A stretch of DNA of 64,000 nucleotides, from assembly GCF_009834535.1 (NCBI RefSeq), contig NC_045696.1, positions 93,560,001 through 93,624,000 on the forward strand, given 5' to 3'. Origin of the DNA: Camelus ferus. Its lineage: Eukaryota. Numbering within the stretch: position 1 is the first letter of the stretch; the number at the start of each line of letters is the position of its first letter. The translations under genes and the position numbers were made by a program. Positions 37,791 through 51,399 of the stretch are shown here, piece after piece. Below the pieces are notes generated by a model, which did no database searches, had not been told where the DNA came from, and saw only the letters and a list, made by a program, of their open reading frames with translations.

Positions 37791-38739
37791 TTAGCATTGT
37801 AAAACACACTGTATTTATAAGCAAAGTTGCCATTTAGAGACTGAATTAAATGTCTATCTTCTAATGTTTTTTAGAGTGCTCTCTGTCTGATGGTATGAAA
37901 ATAAAACTCTCCATACAAAAAGAAAACCAAAATTGTCTCTGGGCATTTGACACAAAGAAAAGGAGTAGAGTAGCAAGAAAAATGAAAATCTATTCAATCG
38001 GTTAAGAAATTTTATTCACAAAAGTGTTTTTAAATAAAAATAAGTTTTGATATTTTCTTTGCTTTTTACCTTTGTCTTGGTCCTACTTTTCAACAAACTC
38101 TCAAAAGGATTCAGGTAGACCATTTTAAAGTTTATCTGCTCTTCTTTGGCCTTCTCTATGCATAATGCTAAGTATCTAAAAATATCTACATTCATTGCTT
38201 AATCCATTCTCTTAAAACCATCAGCCATTAATATTCACCAAAAGACTACTGTGTATGAATGCTGGCTTGTGGCCAAGTGGTACATACCAAAGAAAGGCTC
38301 CCTAACATCTTGCAGTGGCTGCCAGCTCAAGAGGACGCACATTGACTGCTGGCCCATTGCAAATGCTTGGGTTAGAACCTCTAAGATTATGTCAGAAATT
38401 TAGGGTCAGTTAGAGTCACTACGATAGGTCTTCTCTGACTTTCTTCCTTTGTTTCTCTTGCCTCAAGACAACAGCTTTTATTCCCTTATCCAGATTGCTT
38501 TCCATGGCACACCCCCACATAATAATTATACGTTTTTTAAAAATTACTCTGAGAGGTAGTTTTCCTTTTACCTGTGATAGGTGGTATTAAGTACCCACAA
38601 AGGAAATAGACATTAATATTTTAATCTCACCTATAAATTGTTATAGAACAGAGCTTCTAAAGAGAATTGAGATTTCAACCTCAGTTAAAATTCATTAGTT
38701 TCTATTTCTTTAGCACTTTATACTTTTCAAGAATATATT

Positions 38740-40510
38740 TATTCACTCATAAATATTTTTATAAATAATGTGCAGATTCTAGGGTTATAAAATGCATAAG
38801 ATAGATGGTTTTGAAGAGGTTAAGCTGACAGCATGAAGACCAGTAAGAACTATAATAATTGGTCCATGAGAGACATTCTAAGAGCCTGAGCAAAGGCAGA
38901 GATGGTCAGAATAAGGAAGACATAAGCAGGAGAGCGAGTTAAGCATGAGTTGAAGAGGTGATAGTATGTAGCTGAGCATGACTCTAAGGTTTCCAGCTAG
39001 GTGAATGGGTGAGTGGTGGTTCTATTCACTAAGATGAAAGGGAAAGGCAGTGGAAGGTGTTAGATCCCTTTTCATTTCACAGACATCCCGGGGTATCTTA
39101 TCAACGACCATGGATTCATTTACCATCAACACGCTATTGATTTCAAAATCCGCATCTCATGCCCACACCTGTATTTCAGGCTTTAGTCACACATGGGGCT
39201 GCCAGTGAGACAGCTCCATTTAGATGTTTCACAGATATCCTGAACTCAACATTTCCAAATAAACTCACCATTGTCTTCCCCCAAATCCACTTCTACTCTT
39301 GTATCCCAATCTCAGGGAATTCCTCTATCATTTAATAAGAACCTAAAAGTCTGTTATCTCTTCTTCAGACTCATCCTCCACTTTCAGTTCATCATCAAAT
39401 GATTCTATCTACTATATCTGTTGAGTACTTCTATTTTCTTCATACTTTTGCTACCATAGTTTAGATAAATCATAATAACATCTGAGGATTACACGACAAC
39501 CTAATTTCCCTTCTTCTATTCTCAGGATTGCTCCATTTCATTTTGACATGCCCTCTACTCTTGACAAATTCATTCACAATTATGTTTCTAAAATACAACC
39601 TTCTTTATTTAAATCTTTTACAGGGCTCTCCACTGTTTTCAGGATAAATTTGATCTCCTTAACATGGCCTACTGATTTCTATAACACGTGGCCTTGGTTT
39701 ACATCTGCAGCCTTGTTTCTCAGCACTGATCTTCTCTCAAATAAACCACCTCCATTCGTGCATCACCAATGTGACCCTATGCATGGCAACTACAATAAAC
39801 TATCCTTAACACCCAACACTCTTTAGGGTAAAGTTAGATGAGGACTAAAATGTGTCTATGATTTTGGCAATTAGTACTTTATCAAGAGCAATTTTAGATA
39901 ATTAACGGAGACAAAAAGCAAACTACTATGGCTTCAGGTATCAGGCATCAGAAATAATAAGAAAGTGGTAACAGAAAAAGGAGACAACTCATCAAGCTCA
40001 TCAAGAATTGACTGAATTTAAAAAAAAAGAGAGAGAATTGACTGAATGGACCAAGTGTCAGGGACCAAGCACATGACAACATATAAGGGTGCATGACACC
40101 AAACTGATTCTTAAAATTTACACAAGAGTTAGCTGGAAGAAACTGTCAAGAATGCCTCAATCCAAATCTGGCCAAATAGTATCACAAAAACAAAGAGCTG
40201 AAGAAAGACTTCCATTGGCAAAGGAAGATGATATCAAACCATCTTATAATATTAGAGCATAAAATAGGAAGGTAGAAAATAAGGAGATGAGACTTGTAGA
40301 TATGAAAGACTTAGACCATAGAGAGTCTTGTTTGCTATGTCATGTCCTTAGATCTTATTTTTTAGCAGATAAAAAGCTATTGCAAGTTTAAACAAGAAGA
40401 GAAATGAGAAACAGTTTTCATTTCTGATTGATCATTCTAATTCAGTATGGAAAAGAGTTTTCTGAGCAACAAGGCTAGAGGCAGGGAAGAAGACTGGCTA
40501 TAAAGGAAAA
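38740..40510. mobile_element. Degenerate L2 fragments in both orientations
   Basis: 'gactctaaggtttccagctaggtgaatgggtgagtggtgg' (-); 'tgaactcaacatttccaaataaactcacca' (+); 'gattttggcaattag' (-). Confidence 0.65.
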
Positions 40511-40779
40511 CAGAGAGACACTGACAGAGAAGTAGAGACAAAATCAAGACTTTTATTAAATCCCTGCAACCAACTGGTAACCTGGATAGGGCAGATGTTA
40601 TTTCACTTTTCCAGGTCAGCAGGCAGAAAGGGAGAGATCAAGGTAATAGAGCTGTTTTCTGGCAAATGTGGAAATGCAACGCAAATTCTTCACTTAGAGC
40701 CTAGTGTACTTGGAGCTGGAAAACGTGAAAATTTCAGTTTTCAAGGACTTCAGTTAGAATAGTTTATTTGATCAATTCA

Positions 40780-40816
40780 GCCCACCTGATGCTTGAGTTA
40801 TCAGTATAAACTTGTA

Positions 40817-40853
<37 letters not shown>

Positions 40854-42070
40854 AATGGAGGGACGCAGAAAGAAATACAGGTGTATGTATGCATGAATTA
40901 GCATATATACATATATGTCCAAGCTTTGTCCACTGAGAGGGCCTAGGAATGACACATACCTGTCAGCCAGATCCTGGTTTCTAAATACTGTTCTCCACAA
41001 AAGGAACCTGAGCTTTTTGAAAAATTGGTTGATTCTAGGACTGAGGCAAGGAAAATGCAAAATGAGCCAGGAGGATTTTGTTTTCAGGAAGTAAAAAAAT
41101 TACTCAAAAAGCAATGGAATGAGGGTATATCAAAAGGACACAGGAGTCAACCTGAAGAGCTCCCAATGACTGAAGTTAGAATAATATGATAAATAAAGTA
41201 TATAACAATGATATTGGACTGTAACTTATAGAATAAAATAAATATACATGAATCCATACGGATAAATATAAATAATTCAATAAGTAAATAAACCTGGAAA
41301 AGGCCACCTGTTTCACACAGAAGAATTCTAATTAATAAATGTAGATGGGAAATACAAAATCAAATGAGACCAATACCACAATAACAATTGTTTCAAGCAA
41401 CATCCACCAGTGAATGCTAAAATTTGTAGGTGAAAGTTTAAGGAGAAATAGGATATTTGCACAGTCTCAAGGTGTTCTTCCCTCCAAAAATATCTATTAA
41501 TTATAAAAGGGAAAATAGTAATTTTACAGTGGAGAAACTTGACTGATACCACCTTAACTAAGTGACCAAAGCCAACATCACCAGTACGATACAGTGGCAT
41601 TATGTACTACTCCTTGCTGTGATTCACTGAGAAGGACACAATATCACTTCAGTGGTGTTCTTGCCAAAAATACATTACATCAATCTAATTTTGAGAAACA
41701 TTACATGAACCCAAATAGGGACACAGTCTACAAAATAACTGACCAGTACTTTCTGTAGTATCAAGATGATGAAAGACAAGGAAGGACTGAGGAACTGTCA
41801 CAGATTGGAGGACAGTGAGGAAACCCAACAACTAAATGCAGTGTGGGATGCAGGACTGGATTATGGAACAGAAAAAAGAGGTTGTTGGGAAAAACTGGTG
41901 CAAAAATAAAGCCTGTAGTTTACTTAATAGTAATCATCAATTTAAGTTTCTGGTTTTGATGTATGGTTATGTGAGATGTCAACACAGGTGAGAGAATATA
42001 GGAGTTTCCTGATCTATTTTTGCAACTTTTCGTTAATACTAGAATTACTTCAGAATTAAAAGTTGTTTTT
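40780..42070 (+). mobile_element. L1MC/L1MD-like long 3' UTR
   Basis: 'gtccactgagagggcctagg', 'ccagatcctggtttctaaatactgttctccac', 'gactgaggaactgtcacagattggagg', 'tatttttgcaacttttc'. Confidence 0.85.
40819..40850. repeat. (TG)16 microsatellite
   Basis: Perfect TG run. Confidence 0.97.
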
Positions 42071-42419
42071 AAGTGATGGCAGAAGTATATATTTCAAAAA
42101 ATTTCCAGACAACATTGAACTGTATTCAGTAAACACAAATCATCTTTTAAAACCATCAATGAATCAAGTTAAATTTTTTTCTTCCATCCGTCTTCCTTTG
42201 CACTAGAGCCCCAATTCATCAAACTAGGAGGCAGGTTCGTTGCCAGCACATAGTTTAAATTAGCTTTGTGGAGCTACAAGAACTCTAAGAAGGCACGTCA
42301 GAAGCCCTTGAATGAAGACAGGAGCTGTTACAGATCAGGCTTTTTTTGTAAATGGGGATGTGGATTCAAAAGACAAACAAGTACATATTAAAACCATTGG
42401 AAAGGCTGAATGACTAGAC

Positions 42420-42680
42420 ACTAGAGTATTTGAATACTGATTTGAATACCAGTCCCTCCACTTGTAGATGTGTAAATGGAACCACTTGGGGCCTCTGGCC
42501 CCTTAATGGTTAACTGGAGTTACAGCAAATCTTGAAGTCACAGGATTATTGTAAGAATTTTATAATATAGATACTGAAAAAATCATAATCTGATCATACC
42601 AATTAGACATTACTGATGAAAAATGTAAAGATATTTAAACGTCCTTTGAAGGTGCCTCATTAGCACAGTAGGTAATCTCA
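42420..42680 (+). mobile_element. Degenerate MIR
   Basis: 'gatttgaataccagtccctccacttgtagatgtgt', 'cacaggattattgtaagaatt', 'tagcacagtaggtaatctca'. Confidence 0.5.
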
Positions 42681-43479
42681 TAAAATGTTCTTTGAAATGG
42701 AGATCTGAATGAAAAGCAGTTCTTTTCAAATTTCATTGTTGCTTTTTCCTGCAGTTAAGTGAACATTTGGGAAAGAAGAAGTGCTGCTAGCTTTTCTGAA
42801 TTGTACAGCACATGGTCATATTTCTCTTCATTTGGCAGCTAATGAAAACAACTGCCAGGATTTAGAAGCCTTCTACTTAAAAGGACTATAATAGATAGTT
42901 ATAGCCAAATCTAAACGTTGTTAATAAATGTCTGAAGATAACTGTAAGGTGGTAATTAATGATAGAGAGTCTCTGGAACTATCCCATATCCACATTTATC
43001 ATCACTGCATCCCTGAAACAGCATAATGATACTGATAGATTAGTCTCACTGCCCGTATGAATCCCAAGAAATCTCTTAAAGAGTCCTCCATCAAGGTTTG
43101 CCCCAATTCCTTTTCCCAAAAAATTTATCATCCTATTGACAATTGACCAAGCAGTAGTGATAATTCATTAGATGTTACGCCTTTGCTTTGTTTTAAAAAG
43201 GGGAACCACCATTTAATTTTCACCTAATACAAACGTCAAGACACTTTTCTCCCCAGGCACATAAGTAATACGTGCAACATTTAGTTTTGGGCTCCCTCAA
43301 AATAATCTCCCAGCTTCACTCCAGCCTCTCTAGCTACTCCTTGTGCCCTTCATTTTGGATTCTCTCTCCTCAACCTATCTTTCATTTTCCTAAGAATTTC
43401 AGATTCTCTTTCCTTTTAACTCTACACATATTCTCCGATGAGCAGACCTGTCCATAAGCTGCCTCTACCTACTGTGGAC

Positions 43480-43872
43480 ACCATCACCTTTGCCTGAATT
43501 ACTACAACAGCTTCCTAACTAGTTGCTGTACTTCCAGTTTCTTTGTAGCCCATTCTCTGCATGGCAGCCAAAAGTGATCTTTCTAAAATACTTATCTAAT
43601 CATGTCAATCTCCCAATTAAGCTCTTAAGAGTTCCCCACTGCCCCTGAGATGAAGCACAAACTCTTAGCTGCACGTTCATGATCTGGTTCCTGTTAAACT
43701 CTCCAGTTCCAGATCTTAACCATGCATTCTACAATCTTGCATAATTTTGTGTTCTGTTTATCCCTATTTGGAACTTTCCGTTGCATCCATGGTGCCCAAC
43801 ACTATTCTAGCCACATAAGCATTCTATAAGTAATTGTTAAATAAATGAGCAGATGAATAACTGAATGAGTGA
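43480..43872 (+). mobile_element. L2 3' region
   Basis: 'gcctgaattactacaacagcttcctaactag', 'gtgatctttctaaaatacttatctaatcatgtca', terminus 'ttgttaaataaatgag...tgaatgagtga'. Confidence 0.8.
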
Positions 43873-46019
43873 AAATGGCTACCTTTACGAACAAGGCAAG
43901 CCACTGTAAAAATTAACGATTTAAATGCAAATACAAAAAAATCAAGAATTAGACAATATAATTTTATAATAATAAAGAAAGGGAAATAAACATTAAAATG
44001 ATCACCCTAATGTTGTATTTTAAATAGGCATAAAATAATTTTAAAATAGCAGTATGTTCTTATTATGAGTCTATTACTAAGAGAATATACAATTTTATTC
44101 CTTGTGAAACAAACTTAAATGGTTTCAGGATACTTATTGGCACCTAAAATATAAAATGTGTGTGATATGGACGTTTGTATTACTGCATAGTTGAACAAAA
44201 CCACTGCCTATTCAGTTTTATAGGGGAAAATTTTTTTGCTTGCTTCATAAGAAATTTAAAGGAGTTACTGGCTCAAGAGATGAAAAACAGCCTCTTGATG
44301 CAATGCTAAGCACTGCTTACTCTATTATACCACATTCCTATAGAAATAAGAGCAGATCCCATCAGCATTTCACGGATCTTTGGGGACATGTCAGAGCTTT
44401 CATTTGTTTCCCAGGAAAGTTTCTTATTACAAAAAATTTACTGCCTAAGTCAGTGAACTACGAATTATGGTTAACTGCCCTCTATTTTCCTCTTCAGAGA
44501 GAGGCAGCAGGCATCCAAATTCTAATCCAATGACTCATTTTTCAGTCATTCTAAACTGACTTTTAAGATTTACTTTCAATATCATAAGCAGAGGGAAAAA
44601 AGATAAGAAAAATTGTGCTATTCGACATGTAATTGCAACTCCAGTTGGAATATGGAGTGGGAAATTCCATTCCTACTACAACTGCCCATTATTTATTGAT
44701 AAGCATTCATATCCAAGTCACTGAAGACATAAATCATATTCAGAATTTCTCAGTCATCATTTACATTTTTAATAGGTAAGAGCATGGGCTCCTATCCTAT
44801 CTGTGAGAATTACTATAATGTAAAGGCTACAACCCCAAACAACATGATGTTATATAAATGGGACATAGAACATGAAGAGAAAACAGGTCAACTGTAACGT
44901 AAGAAGACATCCAATTGACAGGTCCCCTCCAGTAATAATCCTGGCCTCTATGTATGCACTTGAATATTTCAAGACTAGTTCTGTTACAAACTGGTTTGCT
45001 TAAAAAGTATTTCAGAAAGTTCTACAGTCTAACTACCTCTCTGCTGTTATGACTTCTGCTCTCAAATTCTTTTCCTAGGCTACCTCCTGATACAATATGA
45101 AATGTTATCAGATGACATTTTTTTATGTTGCTGCTTAAAATGTAGGCCATCATTCGATTATATTTGAATTTAGTTCCTGGAATGTAATTGATTTCAATGT
45201 AAAAATGTTTCTATGTGAACAAAGAACACATGGATCATGACCACAGCTACACTGGTTAGATCACATACCTAGCACATTGCGTTTATTCTAGACAAATCAC
45301 TAAAAGAGGAAACTAAGAAATATAGAAGTCTCAGTAAATTGATAAAGAGTAAAAAATTATGTAATATGAGGAATTTTTAACTATTTCAATGTAAGCTCTA
45401 TGACGGCATGGGCTGTATTTTAGAACATTATTCAGCACATAACAAGTGCTCAATAAATATATGTTGAATAAGTTAAAAAAATGAATATGAATGAAAAACT
45501 GGAAAAGATATGACTTAACTAGATTATAAAAGCTATCTTCAAAGATTTAAGAACTATGAAGTGAAAGAGAAAATATTAGACATATCTTGCAGAACTTCAG
45601 ATAGCAAAACTAGAAGCAAGGGATAGGAACTACAGAAGAATCTCTAATAAATAAAGTTAGAATGAGCTATCAAGAAAATAAGAAGTTTTCTTTTTTGCCT
45701 GAGAGTTTAGATTACATAACTTTTAATATTTTTTTTTCCAAACTTAACTATAAATTTAAAGAATAAATTTGCTTCCTGGTATTTTTTTCAGCTGATTACT
45801 AAATCGGCTGTTCTAACTTTGCAAAGCTGGAAATACTTGTGTAGTTTTCATTTGTCATTTTCAGAACTATGTATATTCATTATGAGTGAAGTCCATCTAA
45901 TAATACACATAGTAATCAAAATATTTGACCATTTCATCCAAATAATAAGAGTTCCTACAATAATATAAATCACATATCAAAGGCTTGATGAGAAATTTTC
46001 TCCAAATTATAAAATATGT

Positions 46020-47542
46020 ACTACAGATTGAATGCAATTCCTACCAAAATTCCAATGGCATTTTTTCACAGAAATAGAACAAACAACTCTACAATTTGTA
46101 TTAAATCACAAAACACCCTCAAGAGCCAAAGCAATTTTGAGCAAGAAGAAAGCTGAAGGCAGCACAATTCACGCTTTCAAACTATATTACAAAGCTATAG
46201 TGATCAAAACAGTATTGCATTGGCATAAAAATAGACACAGAGAGCAATGGAACAGAATTAGAGCCCAGAAATAAACCCACATATATATGATCAATTAAGT
46301 TATGATAAAGGACCCAAGAATATACAATGGGGAAAGGACAATTTCTTCAATAAATGGTGTTGGGAAAATTGGATGGCACATCTAAAAGAATGAAATTAGA
46401 CCCTTATCTTACACCATACACAAAGACCAATTCAACATGGATTAAAGAATTGAACATAAAACCTGAAACCATAAAACTGGAAGAAAGCACAAGTGGTAAG
46501 CTACTAGACATTAGTCTTGGCAATGATATTTTTGAATTCGACACTGAAAACAAATGCAACAAAAGCAAAAATAAACAAGTGGCACTACATCAAACTAAAA
46601 TGCTTCTGCACAGCAAAGGAAATAATCAACAACATGAAAAGACAACCTATTGAATGAGAGAAAATATTTGCAAATCATATAAGGGGTTAATATCCAAAAG
46701 ACATAAGGAACTGATACAACTCAATAGGAAAAATCAAACAATCTGATTTTTTAAATAGGCAGAGAACCTGAAAAGACATATTTTCAGAGAAGATATACAA
46801 ATGGCCAACAGGTACATGAAAAGTTGCTCAACATCATTAATTGCTAAGGAAATGAAAATGAAAACTCAATGAGATTATCACTTTACACCTGTTAGAATGA
46901 CTATTTAATCAAAAAGAGAAGAAATAACAAGTGTTAGTAAGAATGTAGAGGAAAGGGAACACTTGGGCACTGCTGGTGGGAATGTCAATTGGTATAGCCG
47001 CTCTGGAAGACAATATGGAGGTTCCTCAAAAAATTTTAAATAGAATTACCCTATGATACAACAAGTCCACTCCTGGGTATTTATCTGAAGGAATAATCTC
47101 ATCTCTAAAAGATATATGCATTCCCATGCTCAATGCAGCATTATTTACAATAGTCTAGGTGAACTCATAGATATAGAAGAACAGATTGGTGACCATCAGA
47201 AGTTGGGGGAGCGGGTGCTGGGCAAACTGGGTGAAAGTGGTCAAAAGGTACACACTTCCAGTTACAAAATAAATAAGTTCTACATATATAATGAAAAGCA
47301 TGGTGAAAATAGTTAACAATACTGCATTTGAAAGTTGCTAAGGGAATAGATCTTAAAGTTTTCATCTCAAGAAAAAAATTGTAACTGTGTGAACTTTGTG
47401 AGGTGATGGATGTTAACTAAACTTATAGTGGTGATTATTTTACAATAATACAGATATACATATATCAAATAATTATGTTGTACCACTTAACCTAATACAA
47501 TGTTATATCAATTCTATCTCAATAAGACTAGTAGAAAAAATA
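46020..47542 (+). mobile_element. 5'-truncated L1 (L1MA9-like), ORF2 C-terminus plus 3' UTR, with an internal deletion near 47155
   Basis: ORFs 46032-46274 (FFTEIEQ...[21 protein letters not shown]) and 46354-46653 ([14 protein letters not shown]) are ORF2; terminus 'caattctatctcaataagactagtagaaaaaa'. Confidence 0.95.
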
Positions 47543-47549
47543 ATATATA

Positions 47550-47930
47550 AATATTTCTCTAGTTGAGGGGGAAGGCACACTATAAAGGGTAGAATTTATG
47601 AAGTTAAATAATATGAATTTAGTTACAAAAAGTTTGAACTCGGTATGGCAAAATATATATATAAACAAACTTAAAAGAAAAACAACACATACAATACATA
47701 TTACAAAGTTTTAATATTCTAAGTTTATAATGCATTCCTACAAGGCTATATAAAAGGAACAATCTAATTGGTCAAATACAAATAAGCAAATCATAGATGA
47801 TATGCTAACTACCAATGAACATTCCAAAAGATATTCAAGAGTTTCTAATAATAAAGAAGTACAAACTAAAACAAAAGGAGTCTTGGGTTTGTGATTTTTA
47901 CGTATCACAATAGCAAAATTACATTAACAA
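47550..47930 (+). mobile_element. Highly decayed old L1 (L1ME-like) ORF2 remnant
   Basis: 'aaaagatattcaagagtttctaataataaagaagtacaaactaaaacaa' resembles ORF2 3' sequence. Confidence 0.5.
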
Positions 47931-48486
47931 TGAATTGAGTCTGATCAAAGAAGCAGAATCTTTATGAGAGTTATAAGGATTGAACACATGATTGTGAAAG
48001 CTGAGTACGTGAGATGCCCCTGAATCTGTTTTTGAGTCTGCAGTCAGAAGGGAAGGGGGATGTGACAATAAGGAAAACTCAGTGCATGAGGACAAGCAGG
48101 AACGCACTGCTCTCTTTACAGCTACAGAAATCATGTAGGCCTTTCACTGCTTTCAAACCTCCAATTTTGATGATGGGATGACAGAAGAAATATTAGTACA
48201 TTTCCTCATGGAGATAAACATGCACTTGGCAGTGGGCCCAGGAAACAGAGAACTCAGAGCTTGAGGGGCTGCAAACAAGGCAGGGGCCCTACTCCAAGGT
48301 GAGCCAGCAGAGAGCCCTGTCAATGTGCATGCACTTGCAACAGCCTTGGTCTCAAACAGGGTTGCTGTTTCCCTTCCCCTTTTCAAAGAGAATGCAGATT
48401 TCTCTTGCAGTCAAGAGAACCCATATCATGCAGGGAAGGAAATTCTGGGCTGCGTTATTTTCAGTTCAGCTGACATACTACAGAAC

Positions 48487-49121
48487 TGAGACAGGAAGGG
48501 GGCAGGGCACAGCCATTCAAGGAATGATACAGCAATTAACATCAAAGTGGTGGAAGATTCAACCCCCAGTAGGCCTTGAGCCTCAAGGTGGTGGGAGATT
48601 TGGCTTTTAGCAGATCTTGAGCTTCATTATACTCCCATTGTAATATATTAACACGGTAAATAACATGCCCCCAGGCACCATGACAGTCCTAAGGCTCGCC
48701 ACAAAAGGTAAAAGAGTGGGAAATGGGCAACTTCCTGGGAATCTCAGCCCCTTACCCAGGCTAGTCAGACTGGTCCTTCCACTTATTAGCATATGAAGCC
48801 ACTGAGCCCATAAAAACTGGCAACATGCCACCTTGCAGCCACCACCACCTCTCCTCCCCCTCCTCGTTTGGGGACTCTGTCTATGGAGTGTGTACCTACT
48901 TTTACTCTAATCTGAGCACCCAACCCACATATCTCGTGGCCTTCCTCTTGCCTTTCGATGTAGCTCTCTAAATAAATCTACATTTAGTTATCTGTGTCTC
49001 GCTCTTGAATTCTTTCCTGCGCGAAGCCAAGGACCCACACTTGGCGGGAAACGTTCCAGGGGCTCAACCAAAGCCTGGGACATGGCCCTCCTCACACCCC
49101 ACATCCGTTTTTCCTGCATCA
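48487..49121 (+). mobile_element. ERV1-class solo LTR, MER41-like
   Basis: Termini TGAGACAGGAA...TTCCTGCATCA (imperfect inverted repeat); 4-bp TSD gaac/gcac; TATA-like 'cataaaaa' ~48809; AATAAA ~48971; 'ttagcatat', 'ctctgtctatggagt' and 'tgaattctttcctgcgcgaagccaaggaccc' follow MER41 architecture. Confidence 0.85.
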
Positions 49122-49139
49122 GCACCACCACTGATAACA

Positions 49140-49340
49140 ATAATAATGACAATAACAAACATGTATTGAGTGCTTTCTATGTGTTAAGCACAGGTCTATT
49201 TCTTGACAGCAGTCCTCTGAGGTATTTTGGTACTATCCTTGAACCTTTCAGATACAGAAAGTGAGGCACAGAAAAATGAAACAATGTCTGAACCAAGGCA
49301 ATCTGATTTCAGAGCTTTAATTTTAACCACTGCTCTATAA
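49140..49340 (-). mobile_element. MIR
   Basis: 'catgtattgagtgctttctatgtgttaagcac', 'cagatacagaaagtgaggcacaga', 'gaaccaaggcaatctgatttcagagc'. Confidence 0.8.
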
Positions 49341-50129
49341 TTATTAACCAGATTTGATGAAGGTGTGGGCAAAGAAGAACTTTCATACCATAGAAGGAGG
49401 CTTTGAGTCACATTTGTGCTTAAATTTGCCAGAAGCACTATTTATTTTAAACAGAGCACAGGTGAAAATAAGATGTGAAAGTGATTTGATGTTTTCTGAA
49501 TATCAAAGCAAAAACAAAAACGAAACAAAACAAAACAAACCAAACAACAAAAAAACCTACACAATTTTTATTGTGATGGATCAAAGCTAAATTCTTTTAC
49601 AACTAAAGTAAACAAATTCATTTTCGACAAAAAATTTATAGTCTAAAGATTTAAAAAGAGCACTATAATATTTCATAAGCTTTGGACTTTCCTATCTTTT
49701 GTAATTACAAAGCTGCATTCCTGAATGATTAGAAAAAACCTTTGTAGTTAAGCATTGAGTATTCCAGGATGAGCTATCCAGAATTAATCTGCTCCATAAG
49801 CATAGCAAGAGAGGGACAGAGCTTGCATTTATTTAAATTTAATGAGGTCTTTCCCCACCTATTTGTCCTAGAACAATGTTCTCATTTCACCCAGTTCCTG
49901 TGCCCTATGAGGCAAAGAGTACTTTATAATCAGAAAGCACAAACTGGTTACACAACACAAAAGTGTTCTGCCTAAAATGCCAATAGTTCCCCCATGAGAA
50001 ATATCTAACCATCCCCTGCTTGTCCTGCCAAGGAGGACAATTTCAACTACCTCACATTATCCACAAGGCTTCAAGACTAAGTTTGTTGTAGATTACAATT
50101 TTTCAACTAAGATCAGTCTGTGAAGTTAT

Positions 50130-50520
50130 TTCTATTTCTACAATATACTGTTAAGTAAGCAAATTTTAAACGACCTTTCTGGAAAAAAACATTTTCTGTA
50201 TCCCCAAATGCAAAATGAGCCTATATCAATATTATATGTATGAATTTACCCAAAGGAAAAATTAAACAAGTGTGTGCAAGAAAGAAGCTGCAAGAATTAT
50301 TCATTGTAACATTGTTTATGAGAGCAAGTAGGTGGACATCTTTATATCTGTTAACAAAGCATTAGTTAAATCAATTATGGCATATTCATGCAACGGACTA
50401 CAAAACAGCCATTAAAAGGGATAGATAGTTCTATACAGACTGACATGGCACAATAGCCAAGATATATTATGTTCAAAAAGCAGATTGCAAAATAGTATAT
50501 GTTTATATACTGTGACATAT
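50130..50520 (+). mobile_element. L1ME-like 3' fragment
   Basis: 'ttagttaaatcaattatggcatattcatgcaacggactacaaaacagccattaaaa'. Confidence 0.65.
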
Positions 50521-50658
50521 ATATTTATCATGATAATGATAAATGTGGCCTAGACTTCACCAAGAAAATTATACTAGAAATTAAAGGTCTCTGTATATGC
50601 TATTTCTAAAATGTAAACACTACATGATTTATTATTAACAAAATGTAATTGATTTTGA

Positions 50659-50795
50659 GGGGAGGATATACAGCTCAAGTGGTAGAGTTCATGCTTAGCA
50701 TGCACAAGGTCCTGGGTTCAATCCCCAGTGTCTCCTCAGGAAATAAATAAATAAATAAATCTAATCACCTCCCCCAATGAAAAAAAATTTTTTTA
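50659..50795 (+). mobile_element. tRNA-derived SINE (camelid Vic-1-like)
   Basis: GGGGAGGATATACAGCTCAAGTGGTAGAGTTCATGCTTAGCATGCACAAGGTCCTGGGTTCAATCCCCAG, (AAAT)n, 'cacctccccc' and A tail; TSD core taattgattt at 50646-55 and 50799-808. Confidence 0.92.
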
Positions 50796-51399
50796 ATTTA
50801 ATTGATTTAAAAATTTTTAGGTTGAACACAATTGCACTTGCAAAGTAAATAAATATTAATATTCCAATGTATATTTTAAACATTTAAGGTAAAATATAAA
50901 CAGTGATTTACATTTCTATATTCTTAAAATATATATATTCTTCAGATACACATTTTTTTTCTTTTCGTGTGTCAGCAGCAGTTGGCAAGGTACACAACAA
51001 TGTAATTGAAGTCCAAGATAGAATTTAAGGTGTTTTAGTATAGATGTACCTAAATTTAAAGCTTATTTTTATGTCTTTTTCCCTCAACCAGCTTTTAACC
51101 ATCTCTTTTCACTGTAATTGCCCAAAATGTTTTCATTGTTTTCCAGTCCTGCAAACCACTTTTGCTTTTCTTTTAATCTCTTCAACTCTCCCAAATACCA
51201 TATTTCATTAAATATAAAATGCCACTATAAGACACTACTATTTCATGAAGCACTAGGAAAGAACAAAAAGCTGTCAGTTAAACTAAGACTGATTTATCAC
51301 TTACAATTTTTATTCAAAGGGTTTCTTTAGACTTATTTACGCATAAATTTTTCTACCGTATATGTCACTCCTGTGCATACTAAAAAGAATAATTAAAGT

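Noticed and set aside
50659..50735. tRNA-like sequence (also at 15165-15236, minus strand)
   Set aside because: Followed by SINE body, A-rich tail and TSDs; it is a SINE head, not a tRNA gene.
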